Shown: positions 51,380 to 61,667, numbered from the stretch's first letter. The stretch is 64,000 nucleotides of DNA from an uncultured Nitrososphaeraceae archaeon (GCA_963779615.1 CAVZZA010000001.1:512001-576000), one strand, 5' to 3'. The notes: generated by a model not told the origin, from the letters alone. Translations and numbers: made by a program.

Positions 51380-52746
51380 TTTTTTATAATCCATCGAGTA
51401 TTTTTCAATAAGCATGAAATCTGTTTTTCATCATATTTTTTCTCCTTGTCATATCTAAAAAATGGTTTTGTTAAGTGTCTATGGGCTATTGGTTCTGGTA
51501 TGTATAAACCGCGTATCAATTCTCTATCTTTTTTTATTACTGTTTTAGATTTGTCTCTTTTTTTTAATTTGCATATTGGACATTGAAATCCTTTGTTTTT
51601 CCCTTCAGATTTCATGCTCTTACCGCATTTTTCACATAGAGGATTTTTAAAATAAAAAGTTTCTTTTAACTCTTTTATGAGTAGATACTCTAAGTTTAAA
51701 GTTTTTAGGTTATTCAATTTATTATGTGCTCCGTATCCAATTTCAATTTTATCCTCTATATCTAACAATGCAGCGACTTTGGTTAGTCGTGTTGGTTCAT
51801 ATACCGCAACAGGTAGAATATCGTTGGATTCGTCTTTTACATAAAATATAACATGACCGCCATTAATGACATTTGGTTTTGTGATTAACTGACAATTGAC
51901 ATGACCTGCTGTATAAGGTAATATCTTTGATAATTTTCGCTCTTTAACTAAATGTAGATTTGTTCCTTGATTCGATCTAAAAACCATGTATCCCTCCAAT
52001 TTTTCATCTATTTGCAGACTTTCGATAAATAATGTGGTGGTCATTGGATCTTCTCCACGAATTCCACAAAAAACGGGATCAGGACCATGTGGCGCGATTA
52101 AGACTCTTTTTTTTTGGTAATCGAAATTATTGAATGTATGTGGAAATGATTCATCGCTTAATTTTTTAAGCCTATTCTCGTTTATCCTTCTTATTGTTCC
52201 TATATTTTCTTTTTTTCTATAGGCGATTGTTTCATATGTGTGATCGGTATTTAGATAACATCCTATTGCCGCTAATGCTCCTACTAATCCATATCCTTTT
52301 CCAGATTGGAAAAATTGAATGCTGTTTTTTCTTGCAATTTTTTCAGCTAATTGTTTGCTTAATATTGTATCCATTGCATTTTTACTCAAAGAAATTATAT
52401 CGTTGGCGATGTTGTTTTCCTCATAAAAAGCTAAACCCGGATTTGCTCCGTTTTCTAAATCCGCATAATTTTCTATAAAGTAAATTGTCTCTTCTCTAAT
52501 CTTCTCATATTTTTTTCCTTTTATTCGCAGACATACCGCACCATTTCCTCTGGTTTTAAGAGGAATGTTAGGATTTAATCGAATTAGTAACGGAAAGTCT
52601 ATGAAATTTACTTTGAATTTTTTAATCAAAATGTCTGCAAGTAAATATGCCAGGTGAGTGGTGCATCTTCCGTTAACCGAATCAGTGTCATCAAAACCTA
52701 TATGAAGAATTTTCTCATCGTCTTCTTTATTGTTCTGATTATTCAT
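51361..52746 (-). CDS. tiaS: tRNA(Ile2) 2-agmatinylcytidine synthetase
   Basis: GFDDTDS..GRCTT, LIRLNPNIPLKTRGNGA, PHGPDPV, SNQGT, Zn ribbon and RHLTKP motifs. Confidence 0.95.
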   Translation of the reverse strand: MNNQNNKEDDEKILHIGFDDTDSVNGRCTTHLAYLLADILIKKFKVNFIDFPLLIRLNPNIPLKTRGNGAVCLRIKGKKYEKIREETIYFIENYADLENGANPGLAFYEENNIANDIISLSKNAMDTILSKQLAEKIARKNSIQFFQSGKGYGLVGALAAIGCYLNTDHTYETIAYRKKENIGTIRRINENRLKKLSDESFPHTFNNFDYQKKRVLIAPHGPDPVFCGIRGEDPMTTTLFIESLQIDEKLEGYMVFRSNQGTNLHLVKERKLSKILPYTAGHVNCQLITKPNVINGGHVIFYVKDESNDILPVAVYEPTRLTKVAALLDIEDKIEIGYGAHNKLNNLKTLNLEYLLIKELKETFYFKNPLCEKCGKSMKSEGKNKGFQCPICKLKKRDKSKTVIKKDRELIRGLYIPEPIAHRHLTKPFFRYDKEKKYDEKQISCLLKNTRWIIKNSGGLI

Positions 52747-52865
52747 ATGATGTGACTGTTCTCCACTGATTATCTTGTGGTGTTATTTTTAGTCTCCTAT
52801 TTGTTTATTGTTTATTTATTTATTAATATATTTCTGAAAAATTTTATATTATTGTATTATGATAT

Positions 52866-53198
52866 TTGCAAATGCTAAAAACCTTTAATGAAATAGATTT
52901 TGAAAAACGAAATGGTCTGATACCTGTAGTAGTTCAAGATATGCATACAAAAGATATTTTGATGTTAGCATATGTTAATCAAAATGCATTATCTAAAACC
53001 ATGGATACGGGAAATGCTTGTTTTTGGAGTACGTCTCGTAATAAGATGTGGATGAAAGGTGAAGAATCTGGAAATACACAACCTGTAAAAAAAATTTTAG
53101 TAGATTGTGATTCGGATGCTTTAGTATATTTGGTTGATTCTCCTAAACCTATATGTCATACCGGAAATAAAACGTGTTTTCATAACGAATTACACTAG
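52866..53198 (+). CDS. hisI: Phosphoribosyl-AMP cyclohydrolase
   Basis: GLIPVVVQD, WSTSR..W.KGEESG, DCDSD and CHTG..TCF motifs. Confidence 0.95.
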   Translation: MQMLKTFNEIDFEKRNGLIPVVVQDMHTKDILMLAYVNQNALSKTMDTGNACFWSTSRNKMWMKGEESGNTQPVKKILVDCDSDALVYLVDSPKPICHTGNKTCFHNELH

Positions 53199-53279
53199 TT
53201 GATTTTTAATAGTTAAGTAATACTAAATATTATTTAGAGCAATTTATCTATTATATTATTAATAGGTAATTGGAAAATA

Positions 53280-54507
53280 ATGGGAGTTATAAAAGCATTA
53301 AAGTGTAGAGAATGCGGCTTAGAATATTCCCCAAGATTTATATATATATGTGAAGATTGTTTTGGACCTTTAGACGTATTATATAAACTTGACGATAATA
53401 TAACAAAACATACTTTTGAAAATAGGTCTGATTTAACTTATTGGAGATATTTTGAAATTCTTCCAGTAGAACATAAGAAAAATATTGTTAGTTTGAATGG
53501 CTCTATCACTCCATTACAAAAAGCAGATAATTTGGGCCAAAAATTAGGGGGATTAAAAAATCTATATATTAAAAACGATTCTGTAAATCCAACTTTTTCT
53601 TTTAAGGATAGACCCGCAGGAGTTGCAGTATCAAAAGCTAAAGAGATGAATTTGCCTGCAGTTGGCTGTGCATCAACTGGTAATCTTGCTTCTGCAACCG
53701 CAGCACATGCATCCAGGGCTCAACTACCATGTTATGTTTTTGCCCCTTTTGATTTAGAACACGTAAAAATAGCTCAAGCTTTATCATACGGCGCAAAGTT
53801 TGTAGCAGTTGATGGTACGTATGATGATGCTAATAGATTAGCGTCTGTTATAGGAGATTCCAATGGTTATGGTATAGTCAATATAAATATGAGGCCTTAT
53901 TACGTAGAGGGTTCAAAAACTTTAGCTTTTGAGGTATTGGAACAGTTAAACTGGACTGTTCCCGATGTGTTGGTAATTCCGGTTGGTAGCGGAGTCTATG
54001 TTGAACTCTATTTGTAAAGGATTTGAAGAAATGATGAATTTGGGAATAATCCCTGATATTTCCAATTTGAGAATAATTGCAGCACAGCCTTATGGGTGTG
54101 CACCAATTGTAGATGCTTATAAAAATAAAGTTAACGAAGTAATTCCGGTAGAAAAACCTGATACTATCGCAAAGAGTCTTGCGATCGGGGATCCTGGCGA
54201 TGGATTGTATGTTTTAAAACGCCTTAGACAATTTAATGGAATTGGAGAAGAGGTTAATGATGACGAGATAAAACGTGCTATTCTTTTACTTGCACAAACC
54301 GAAGGTATTTTCACAGAGCCTGCTGGGGGTGTATCTGTTGGTGTGATGAAAAAACTAATTGAAGAAAATAAAATCGATAAAGACGAAAAAGTTGTGTGTT
54401 ATGTTACTGGTAACGGACTTAAAACCACCGAGTCTATTATTGATCTTCTTCCTGCTCTTCATCCAATTAAACCTGATTTGCAATTAGTTTCTGCAATGAT
54501 GAATTGA
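53280..54507 (+). CDS. Threonine-synthase-like PLP enzyme with N-terminal Zn ribbon; split by a +1 frameshift near 53994
   Basis: NPTFSFKDR, ASTGN and EGSKT in ORF 53280-54017; EGIFTEPA and TGNGLK in ORF 53983-54507. Removing one base restores PVGSGxMLNSICKG. Confidence 0.85.
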
Positions 54508-54549
54508 ACAAACGGATATAAATCTAAAAATGGTGGTGTAAATTATATA

Positions 54550-55893
54550 TTGGCTAGAGTAGAATTTGTAATTCCCTCCGTTTTAAACAAAGGCGCTGGG
54601 GAAAAAAAACTATCGCTTGATGCCTCGACTTTAGACGAGGCATTTAGTATTATTTCTAATATGTTAGGTGATGATTTTAAACGTAGAGTCATAGATCTTA
54701 ATGGTAGACCCAGAGCATTGATTAATATTTATATCAATGGGAAAAATATTCGTTTTAATAATACCGGAATGAATTCCGTGCTTAATGATGGTGACTCAGT
54801 TTATATATTACCTGCTGTTGCAGGTGGTGCAGAAATAACTAGCGAAGATATGATACGCTATTCCAGGCAAATCATGCTTGAAGAAATTGGTTATGTTGGA
54901 ATGGAGAAACTCAGAGATGTAAAAATATGCGTTGTGGGTGCAGGAGGAATTGGAAATCCTGTGGTCACGCAATTGGTTGGAATGGGTGTGGGCAAAATTA
55001 AGTTAGTAGATAGAGATGTGGTGGAAATTTCTAACTTGCATAGACAGCATTTGTATGCTGAAGCAGATGTTGGTAAAGTTAAAGTAGAAGCAGCTCAAGA
55101 ACGTTTACAAAAAATGAATTCTGGTGTAGATATAGAAGCTGTTCCTATCTCAGTGACTCCATTTACAGCTGACAATATAATTAAAGATTGTAATATTGTT
55201 ATTGATGCTTTGGATAGTATTGATGCAAGATATGCCTTAAATGATGCATGTTTAAAACAGGGAATACCTTTTATTTATGCAGGGGCCCTAGGGATGGTTG
55301 GTTCTGTGTGTACTATTATACCGCATGAAAGTGCTTGTCTTAGGTGTATTTTTCCCGAATTATCGGAAGATGAAATGCCTACATGCAGCACTGAGGGAGT
55401 ACATCCATCCATCCTTTACCTTGTTGCTGGAATCCAAGTTTCTGAGGCAGTAAAAATCATTTTAGGTCAGCAACCATCACTTGTGAATAAGTTACTTTAT
55501 ATAGACCTTAACGATTTAGTTTTTGATAAAATTCAGATGTATAGGCATAATGAATGTACTTCATGTGGATTGAATGTAAACAAAAGGATTGTCCAAGCAC
55601 CATCATTAATGGTGGAAGAGCTGTGTGGTCGGAATAGGGGAAAAAGAACCTATACCGTTACCCCTGCCCAAATTAAAAATGACATCAATTTGTTGAATAT
55701 ATTAGAAAATGCCGAATCTCAGGGTTATACAATAACGTCTAAAGGTAATTTGGGTATAACCGTTTCTAATCAAAACAAATTACTTATTAGCTTTCTTACA
55801 AGTGGTGCTGCAACTATAGTAGGTGCAAAAAATGAAGAGGAAGCATTATCTATCTATAAAACTTTTACAAATGAGATACAAACAACAAATTAA
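54550..55893 (+). CDS. Ubiquitin-like sulfur carrier (MoaD/ThiS/SAMP) fused to a MoeB/ThiF-type E1 adenylyltransferase
   Basis: Beta-grasp N-domain ending ILPAVAGG, then RYSRQI, GAGGIG, SNLHRQ, ACLRC and CTSC. Confidence 0.92.
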   Translation: MARVEFVIPSVLNKGAGEKKLSLDASTLDEAFSIISNMLGDDFKRRVIDLNGRPRALINIYINGKNIRFNNTGMNSVLNDGDSVYILPAVAGGAEITSEDMIRYSRQIMLEEIGYVGMEKLRDVKICVVGAGGIGNPVVTQLVGMGVGKIKLVDRDVVEISNLHRQHLYAEADVGKVKVEAAQERLQKMNSGVDIEAVPISVTPFTADNIIKDCNIVIDALDSIDARYALNDACLKQGIPFIYAGALGMVGSVCTIIPHESACLRCIFPELSEDEMPTCSTEGVHPSILYLVAGIQVSEAVKIILGQQPSLVNKLLYIDLNDLVFDKIQMYRHNECTSCGLNVNKRIVQAPSLMVEELCGRNRGKRTYTVTPAQIKNDINLLNILENAESQGYTITSKGNLGITVSNQNKLLISFLTSGAATIVGAKNEEEALSIYKTFTNEIQTTN

Positions 55894-55961
55894 CATTTCT
55901 ACATTTTGTTAGTTTTTTATAGATCACTTTTAATAATTGTATTTATTTCAAAATATAAGAT

Positions 55962-56602
55962 ATGTTATTAAAACTCCAATCTTTTCCTATGATTGCACCC
56001 AAAGAAAACGTTGCAGATAATGATGAGATTAATTTAAAGCATCTTTATTTTAAGTCTAAAAAACTACAAGATGGTGATACTGAAGAAGAGCTAGAGGAAG
56101 AAAAAAAACTACAAGATGGTGATACTGAAGAGGAAAAAAAACTACAAGATGGTGATACTGAAGAAGAAGAGCTAGAGGAAGATGATGATGAGGAAGAAGA
56201 GTAGAGGAAGAAGAGCTAGAGGAAGATGATGATGAAGAAGAAGAGCTAGAGGAAGAAGAAGAACTAATCCCTAAATCAAATACAAAAAATTCAGCTAAAA
56301 AAAATTCTATTTTTAAAGATAAAGATGTTGATCTAACGCCTATCAACAAATCCTTGGATAAATCTTTCAAAGAAATTCAAAAAATTCAACAGACTGTTCA
56401 AAGCTCTCAAAAAAGCCTTAAAACCATAGAAAAACAATCTATGTTAATAAAGCAAATTCAATCTGAAATGAAGGAAATTAACAAAAAATTAACAAAAATT
56501 GAAAAAAATACCACTACTAGTGTATCTAAACCCGCAGCAAAAAACATTTCTTCAAAAACTACTCAGAAAAAAAACGATAATAAAAAGAAAAAGACTAGAT
56601 AG
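55962..56602 (+). CDS. Acidic low-complexity repeat protein with coiled-coil and basic tail; interrupted by a 1-nt deletion (TAG at 56202-56204)
   Basis: Repeat unit GAAGAGCTAGAG appears as GAAGAGTAGAG at about 56200. Restoring the C joins ORF 55962 to ORF 56354 in frame. Confidence 0.65.
56058..56263 (+). repeat. Coding tandem repeats (KKLQDGDTEEE x3; EELEED units)
   Basis: AAAAAACTACAAGATGGTGATACTGAAGA occurs three times, plus several GAAGAGCTAGAGGAAGA copies. Confidence 0.85.
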
Positions 56603-56620
56603 GTTATCCAATTAACCTTT

Positions 56621-57484
56621 TTACCATTTTCTGCTATTTTCTTCTCTAATACTATAGTATATGTATTGTTGAACATAACCGGAATATTTCCCATAACGAT
56701 CTCGAATTTCTTTGGATATTTTTTTATATTGACTGGATGTGACCTTGGAATTTATTTTTAATTCTATTTTTGTAAATTGTTGCAAGTTACGACACAAAAA
56801 CTTTATAATCCATATATCTATAGGAAATGCTTCTAATTTATCAAATGAAAATAAAAGTATGCAATCTGCAATTTTTTCACCAACTCCATCTAATTTTAAT
56901 AATTCTTCTTTTGCAATTTCATATTTTATTTTTTTCAGGAATTCTATGTTTATTTGATTATCTGAAATATGTTTTGCTACACTTGAAACAAATTTGGCTC
57001 TATACCCAAGACCGCAGGATAAAAGATCCTGGATAGATGCATTACATAGTGATTTTAAACTTGGAAATGTATAAAAATCCATGTCATCAAAAACTGTTTT
57101 CTTTCCAAATTTCTTTGAAAGGTTTCTTAGGATAAAACGAATTCTGGGAATATTGTTATTGCTTGAACATAAAAAAGAAAATATACATTGAATTGGTTTT
57201 TGTCTAAGTATTCGTAGTCCCGGATATTTTTGAACTATTTGCCTAATTTTTTCAGTTTGGGAAATCTCATAAATTATTTCATTGTAATTGTCGTCTTGTC
57301 TAAAAACATATTTCTGCCAATCATTGTATTTAGGATATGAGTCATATTGATAAGTTTTTTCATTCTCATTTTCGGAAATTTTCAGTATGGTGTCTCCATA
57401 AATTCCATACCATGACTTTTTCTTCTTTTCCCATAAAAAATACTGGCCACTATTTATACTTAAATCGATGTTAGTAAAATACAT
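56621..57484 (-). CDS. 8-oxoguanine DNA glycosylase (OGG1-like, HhH-GPD)
   Basis: SGQ.F.W, GLRILRQ, SSNNNIPRI, GLGYRA, GVGEKIADC and FPID.W motifs. Confidence 0.92.
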   Translation of the reverse strand: MYFTNIDLSINSGQYFLWEKKKKSWYGIYGDTILKISENENEKTYQYDSYPKYNDWQKYVFRQDDNYNEIIYEISQTEKIRQIVQKYPGLRILRQKPIQCIFSFLCSSNNNIPRIRFILRNLSKKFGKKTVFDDMDFYTFPSLKSLCNASIQDLLSCGLGYRAKFVSSVAKHISDNQINIEFLKKIKYEIAKEELLKLDGVGEKIADCILLFSFDKLEAFPIDIWIIKFLCRNLQQFTKIELKINSKVTSSQYKKISKEIRDRYGKYSGYVQQYIYYSIREENSRKW

Positions 57485-57550
57485 GTAAATTAATCAGATA
57501 TTAAGAATTGTTTGGTATTGTTTTCATCTCTATTTGCATCTTTGAATTAA

Positions 57551-58816
57551 CTAAATGGTAGTGACCTCTGCAGGGTCGGGTGCATGAGCTTTGAATCCAT
57601 ATTTTTCATTAATTTCTTCTGCAAATTTAGTGCAAGAGTGATTATCTCCATGGACCGTCAATACATGTGGATTTCCTTTTACTTTATCTAGTATCTCAAA
57701 CAATTCTTTTCGACTGTTGTGTCCTGAGAACTCAAATCTGTTTACTTCTGCGAAGCATTTTATAATTTTTCCACCAAATGTAACCTGTCGTTTTTCCAGT
57801 AATGATCTTCCTGGAGTTCCCTCGCCTTGATAGGAAACAAGCGCAATGCCATTAAGTTGATCCTTGCATAATTCTTGTAGATAAAATACCGCTGAACCGC
57901 CAACTAACATACCTGCCGGTGAAATTATTACCCCAGGTTGCTTAACTACCCTTCTTCTTCTATCCCAACTTGTAATGTTTTCTACCTCTTCTATAGATTT
58001 TTTGAAAACCTCGGGTTCTCTTAAAAACTTGGGATGCTTAAGCATAATTTGATTTGCTTTTAAAGCCATACCGTCCATTGCAATTCTATATGGAAAATTA
58101 TATGCTTTGAGTACACATGCAATTTCCTGAGCTCTTTCTACTGAAAACGCTGGTATAAACATTATTCCTTTCCTTTCAACAACCTCGGTAGCGAAGTTTA
58201 CTAATTCTTTTTCAGATTGTTCTCTTGGAACTTGCTCTGCTTGAGAATATGTACTTTCAATTATCAATAAATCAATTTCTCCAATATCCAAATCGGCTGG
58301 TCGTAGTACTTTTGATCCTCTTGTGTTGATATCTCCTGTGTAGAATATTCTTTTTCCCTCTGTTTCTACGGTAACTGTAGAACCTCCAAGCACATGACCT
58401 GATTCATATAATGTTATATCCACATCTTTGACGGAATGTTTTGTTCTATAATCAATATTTACTGAATGATTTATCATATTTATTAAATCTGAAAACTCAA
58501 AAGGAAGATAGAATCCTGATATTTTCAACATATCTTGAATTAATAATTGTGACAATTCAAAAGTTGGTACCGTTCCCAAAGCTTCAATTTTTGCATCAGT
58601 ATTTAAAAAAAGGAAAGGAACAAATCCTGAATGATCTAAATGTGCGTGAGTTATCACAACAGCATCAATATCTTTAGGTTTTACATGTATTGGAAAAATA
58701 GGTTCTCTTTTCAATAAAACCCCATAATCAAGCAAAATATTGGTATTATTTGAATTAACTAAAAAAGCAGACCTGCCAACTTCTTTTGCAGCTCCTAACG
58801 TTGTTATTTTCAACAA
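57551..58816 (-). CDS. Beta-CASP metallo-beta-lactamase ribonuclease (aCPSF2-like, no KH domains)
   Basis: LGAAKEVGRS, THAHLDHSG, SGHVLG, YTGD, ESTY, FSGH and VHG motifs. Confidence 0.9.
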   Translation of the reverse strand: MLKITTLGAAKEVGRSAFLVNSNNTNILLDYGVLLKREPIFPIHVKPKDIDAVVITHAHLDHSGFVPFLFLNTDAKIEALGTVPTFELSQLLIQDMLKISGFYLPFEFSDLINMINHSVNIDYRTKHSVKDVDITLYESGHVLGGSTVTVETEGKRIFYTGDINTRGSKVLRPADLDIGEIDLLIIESTYSQAEQVPREQSEKELVNFATEVVERKGIMFIPAFSVERAQEIACVLKAYNFPYRIAMDGMALKANQIMLKHPKFLREPEVFKKSIEEVENITSWDRRRRVVKQPGVIISPAGMLVGGSAVFYLQELCKDQLNGIALVSYQGEGTPGRSLLEKRQVTFGGKIIKCFAEVNRFEFSGHNSRKELFEILDKVKGNPHVLTVHGDNHSCTKFAEEINEKYGFKAHAPDPAEVTTI

Positions 58817-58858
58817 AATTTTATTAATTATTTATTATATTAAGTCTTTGCGTACAAA

Positions 58859-59665
58859 TCAAAAGATGGGCTCCCACAATTTGTGTTTAGTGTAAGGATT
58901 TTTTAGCATTTCAAAATACTTGTAACCTGAATTGTCCAATACAAATTCAAATCCGTAAGGGCTGTATCCTTTTTTCAATTCTTCTGCAAGGCACCATTTT
59001 AAAGCATCTCGTATCCTTTTTTTCCATTCTGGTTTGCAGTATACATACCATAAATTATGAGCACCCCTTAAATCTATAAGAGTTTGCATTAATTCATTTG
59101 ATAGTTTTGAATAATGTCTATTTGTTATTTCGATATTGATGTCTTCCCATGATGGTGTTACCCAGCTGGCTATTTTTTCAAACCCGTGACCGTCAAATTC
59201 TGCGGCAAGACTTAATCCCTGATCTAAGGTTGTAACTATAACTTCTGTCTTTGTAGATATTTTGTCTCTGTAGTCAACTCCTGGTTCCATCCATCCGACA
59301 AATATTACATCATAGTTTTTGTCAATGCCATTATACGCATCAGCAATTCTGATATGGTTGGGCTTGATTCTTCCTACGCTATAAAAAATTTCTGCACTTT
59401 TTTCAATACCCTCTGCCTCAGGAATGTATTCCCTAATTTTTTCTAAAAAGTCTCCATAACCACAACCTGCGTCTAAATATGTTGGATTTTCCGATACGGT
59501 TTTGGCTATTGAGACTATTCTGTGCACATCTATTTTTCTGTATGTGAAATATGAACCGCAAAGAAATGGGAAAATAAATCTCTCATGGAATGGTGAAACA
59601 GCATATTTTCTAAAGTCATTTAGAGCACTCAATGCTTTCCTAATTTCATTAATTTGCGGAGGCAT
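58859..59665 (-). CDS. Class I SAM-dependent methyltransferase-like protein (paralogue A)
   Basis: YLDAGCGYG motif I, GIEK and YDVIFVGW. Confidence 0.8.
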   Translation of the reverse strand: MPPQINEIRKALSALNDFRKYAVSPFHERFIFPFLCGSYFTYRKIDVHRIVSIAKTVSENPTYLDAGCGYGDFLEKIREYIPEAEGIEKSAEIFYSVGRIKPNHIRIADAYNGIDKNYDVIFVGWMEPGVDYRDKISTKTEVIVTTLDQGLSLAAEFDGHGFEKIASWVTPSWEDINIEITNRHYSKLSNELMQTLIDLRGAHNLWYVYCKPEWKKRIRDALKWCLAEELKKGYSPYGFEFVLDNSGYKYFEMLKNPYTKHKLWEPIF

Positions 59666-60405
59666 CTTTATTCTTCAATTTTTATTTCCCATAAGTAAAG
59701 GCCGGAATTTAGTGGAAGAGCTTCTTTGAAGCCAAACCCACACTCATCTAAAATCTCTTCATGTTTATACTTTTCTTCGATAGCTTTCATTTTCAATTCT
59801 TCAAGAGTTTCTTTTAGACTTTTTTTCCATTCTGGTTTGCAGTATACATACCATAAATTATGAGCACCCCTTAAATTTCTCAACTCTTGACTTTCTATAT
59901 CTTTTAGGTTGTCAGTATAGTATTTGTTCATTAGCTCTGTATTTACATCTATCCATGATGGTGTTACCCAGCTGGCTATTTTTTCAAACCCGTGGCCGTC
60001 GAACTCACACCCTCCATTTATTCCACACTGCCCTCCTTTATCAAAAGTTGTAATTACGCATTTTGTAGCTTCAGATATTTTGTCTCTGTAGTCAACTCCT
60101 GGTTCCATCCATCCGACAAATATTACATCATAGTTTTTGTCAATGCCATTATACGCATCAGCAATTCTGATATGGTTGGGCTTGATTCTTCCTACGCTAT
60201 AAAAAATTTCTGCACTTTTTTCAATACCCTCTGCCTCAGGAATGTATTCCCTAATTTTTTCTAAAAAGTCTCCATAACCACAACCTGCGTCTAAATATGT
60301 TGGATTTTCCGATACGGTTTTGGCTATTGAGACTATTCTGTGCACATCTATTTTTCTGTATGTGAAATATGAACCGCAAAGAAATGGGAAAATAAATCTC
60401 TCATG
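59255..60405. repeat. 333-bp identical direct repeat (59255-59587 = 60073-60405) within the two methyltransferase genes
   Basis: Base-by-base comparison by eye; offset 818 bp. Confidence 0.9.
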
Positions 60406-60480
60406 ATCGCTATCATGATTTATACGGAATTTGACTAGTTCTCTGTTTGCGTTTTTAATGTCTGCAATAGAAAAAGCCAT
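59668..60480 (-). CDS. Class I SAM-dependent methyltransferase-like protein (paralogue B)
   Basis: Same motifs as paralogue A; its stop lies 2 bp before the paralogue A start. Confidence 0.8.
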   Translation of the reverse strand: MAFSIADIKNANRELVKFRINHDSDHERFIFPFLCGSYFTYRKIDVHRIVSIAKTVSENPTYLDAGCGYGDFLEKIREYIPEAEGIEKSAEIFYSVGRIKPNHIRIADAYNGIDKNYDVIFVGWMEPGVDYRDKISEATKCVITTFDKGGQCGINGGCEFDGHGFEKIASWVTPSWIDVNTELMNKYYTDNLKDIESQELRNLRGAHNLWYVYCKPEWKKSLKETLEELKMKAIEEKYKHEEILDECGFGFKEALPLNSGLYLWEIKIEE

Positions 60481-60563
60481 TATGTGAATAAATATAATTT
60501 AAGTGTAATTTTATTTATTGTCATTACAAAATACTTATAAAGCAACTTTACGCTGATTTTTTA

Positions 60564-60782
60564 ATGGTAAGAACATTCGAGGAATGGTGGGCAACTGTTC
60601 CAGGAGACTTAAAAACAAAGGCTCGCAAAGGTGACGAAGCCAACAAGGTTATATTGAATCAGGTAAATTATGTGTTGCTTCATCTGCATCTGCAAGGAAA
60701 ACATGATGCAAAGCCATCACATGATGAATTAAAAGACTGGCTTCACAGCGGACAAGTAGATACAATGCGCGCTAAAGCGTAG
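60564..60782 (+). CDS. Small conserved-looking hypothetical protein
   Basis: 72-aa ORF with typical coding composition and a TTATAA TATA-like box about 25 bp upstream. Confidence 0.75.
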   Translation: MVRTFEEWWATVPGDLKTKARKGDEANKVILNQVNYVLLHLHLQGKHDAKPSHDELKDWLHSGQVDTMRAKA

Positions 60783-60880
60783 AATATCTCTAGATTTTTT
60801 TATCTTTGTATAACACTGTTTTGTTATTAGCATACAGTTTAAATAGTTTTATTGTTAAAAAACGTTTAGTGAATTATTAG

Positions 60881-61174
60881 ATGCCAATTGCTATACTTCC
60901 AGATGTTGATGAACAAAGATGCATTGGGTGTGCACTTTGTGTAGAAATTTGTACTGCATTAGGTCCAGATGTACTTCGTGTTAAACCTGTTGAAGGTTGG
61001 AAACGAGGCAAAGCATTTGTCTTCTATCCAGAAAGATGTATATCTGATGGTGCATGTATTGGTGTTTGTCCAACCCATGCTATTTTCTGGATGAGACCTT
61101 TAGAATATACCTCAGGCCAACCAGTTCCTTTACATAAAAACGGTGTATTCGATAAAGGCTGGGAAGAGGGCTAA
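60881..61174 (+). CDS. 4Fe-4S dicluster ferredoxin
   Basis: CIGCALCVEIC and CISDGACIGVCP motifs. Confidence 0.92.
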   Translation: MPIAILPDVDEQRCIGCALCVEICTALGPDVLRVKPVEGWKRGKAFVFYPERCISDGACIGVCPTHAIFWMRPLEYTSGQPVPLHKNGVFDKGWEEG

Positions 61175-61256
61175 TTCGATATTCCACCCAATATTTTTTA
61201 TTCTTAAATTTTTCATAATTAACAATGCTTAAATAATTAGAAAATAGAAATTTATT

Positions 61257-61667
61257 ATGCTGTTGCCTTCTGAAATTGAATCCAAGTCTTTGATTCCAGC
61301 CATTCGTGCAATTTTATCCAAAAAGTTAATTCGTGATTATAACCTTAAAGAAGAAACAGTGGCCAAACTCTTAGGTATCACTCAAGCCGCTGTTAGTAAT
61401 TATATACGAGGGACAAGAGGCGATTTGGTTTTGGTGGCAAAACTTGAAAACAATTTTGAAGTGATGAAGATGATAAGTGATATAGCTAAGGATCTTTCTC
61501 TAAATAAAGCGTATTCACCAAGTACAATGACTAAATTTATTCAATTATGTAATTTTATGCGCTATACTTTTATCATTTGTGATGTGCATCACAGTATTGA
61601 ATCAAATATAGATAAAAGTATCTGTGAACACTGCGAAGTTATATTGACAGGCTCACGTTTTTCCTAA
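61257..61667 (+). CDS. XRE-type HTH transcriptional regulator with C-terminal Cys/His cluster
   Basis: IPAIRA, VAKLLGITQAAVSNYIRGTRG and ICDVHH...CEHC motifs. Confidence 0.85.
   Translation: MLLPSEIESKSLIPAIRAILSKKLIRDYNLKEETVAKLLGITQAAVSNYIRGTRGDLVLVAKLENNFEVMKMISDIAKDLSLNKAYSPSTMTKFIQLCNFMRYTFIICDVHHSIESNIDKSICEHCEVILTGSRFS

Noticed and set aside
56056-56370. Poly-Ser/His ORF on the minus strand
   Set aside because: It is the antisense reading of the GAA/GAT acidic repeat tract.
59016-60405. Template/variable repeat pair of a diversity-generating retroelement
   Set aside because: There is no reverse transcriptase, the shared blocks are identical rather than A-specifically mutated, and both copies lie in intact paralogous genes.
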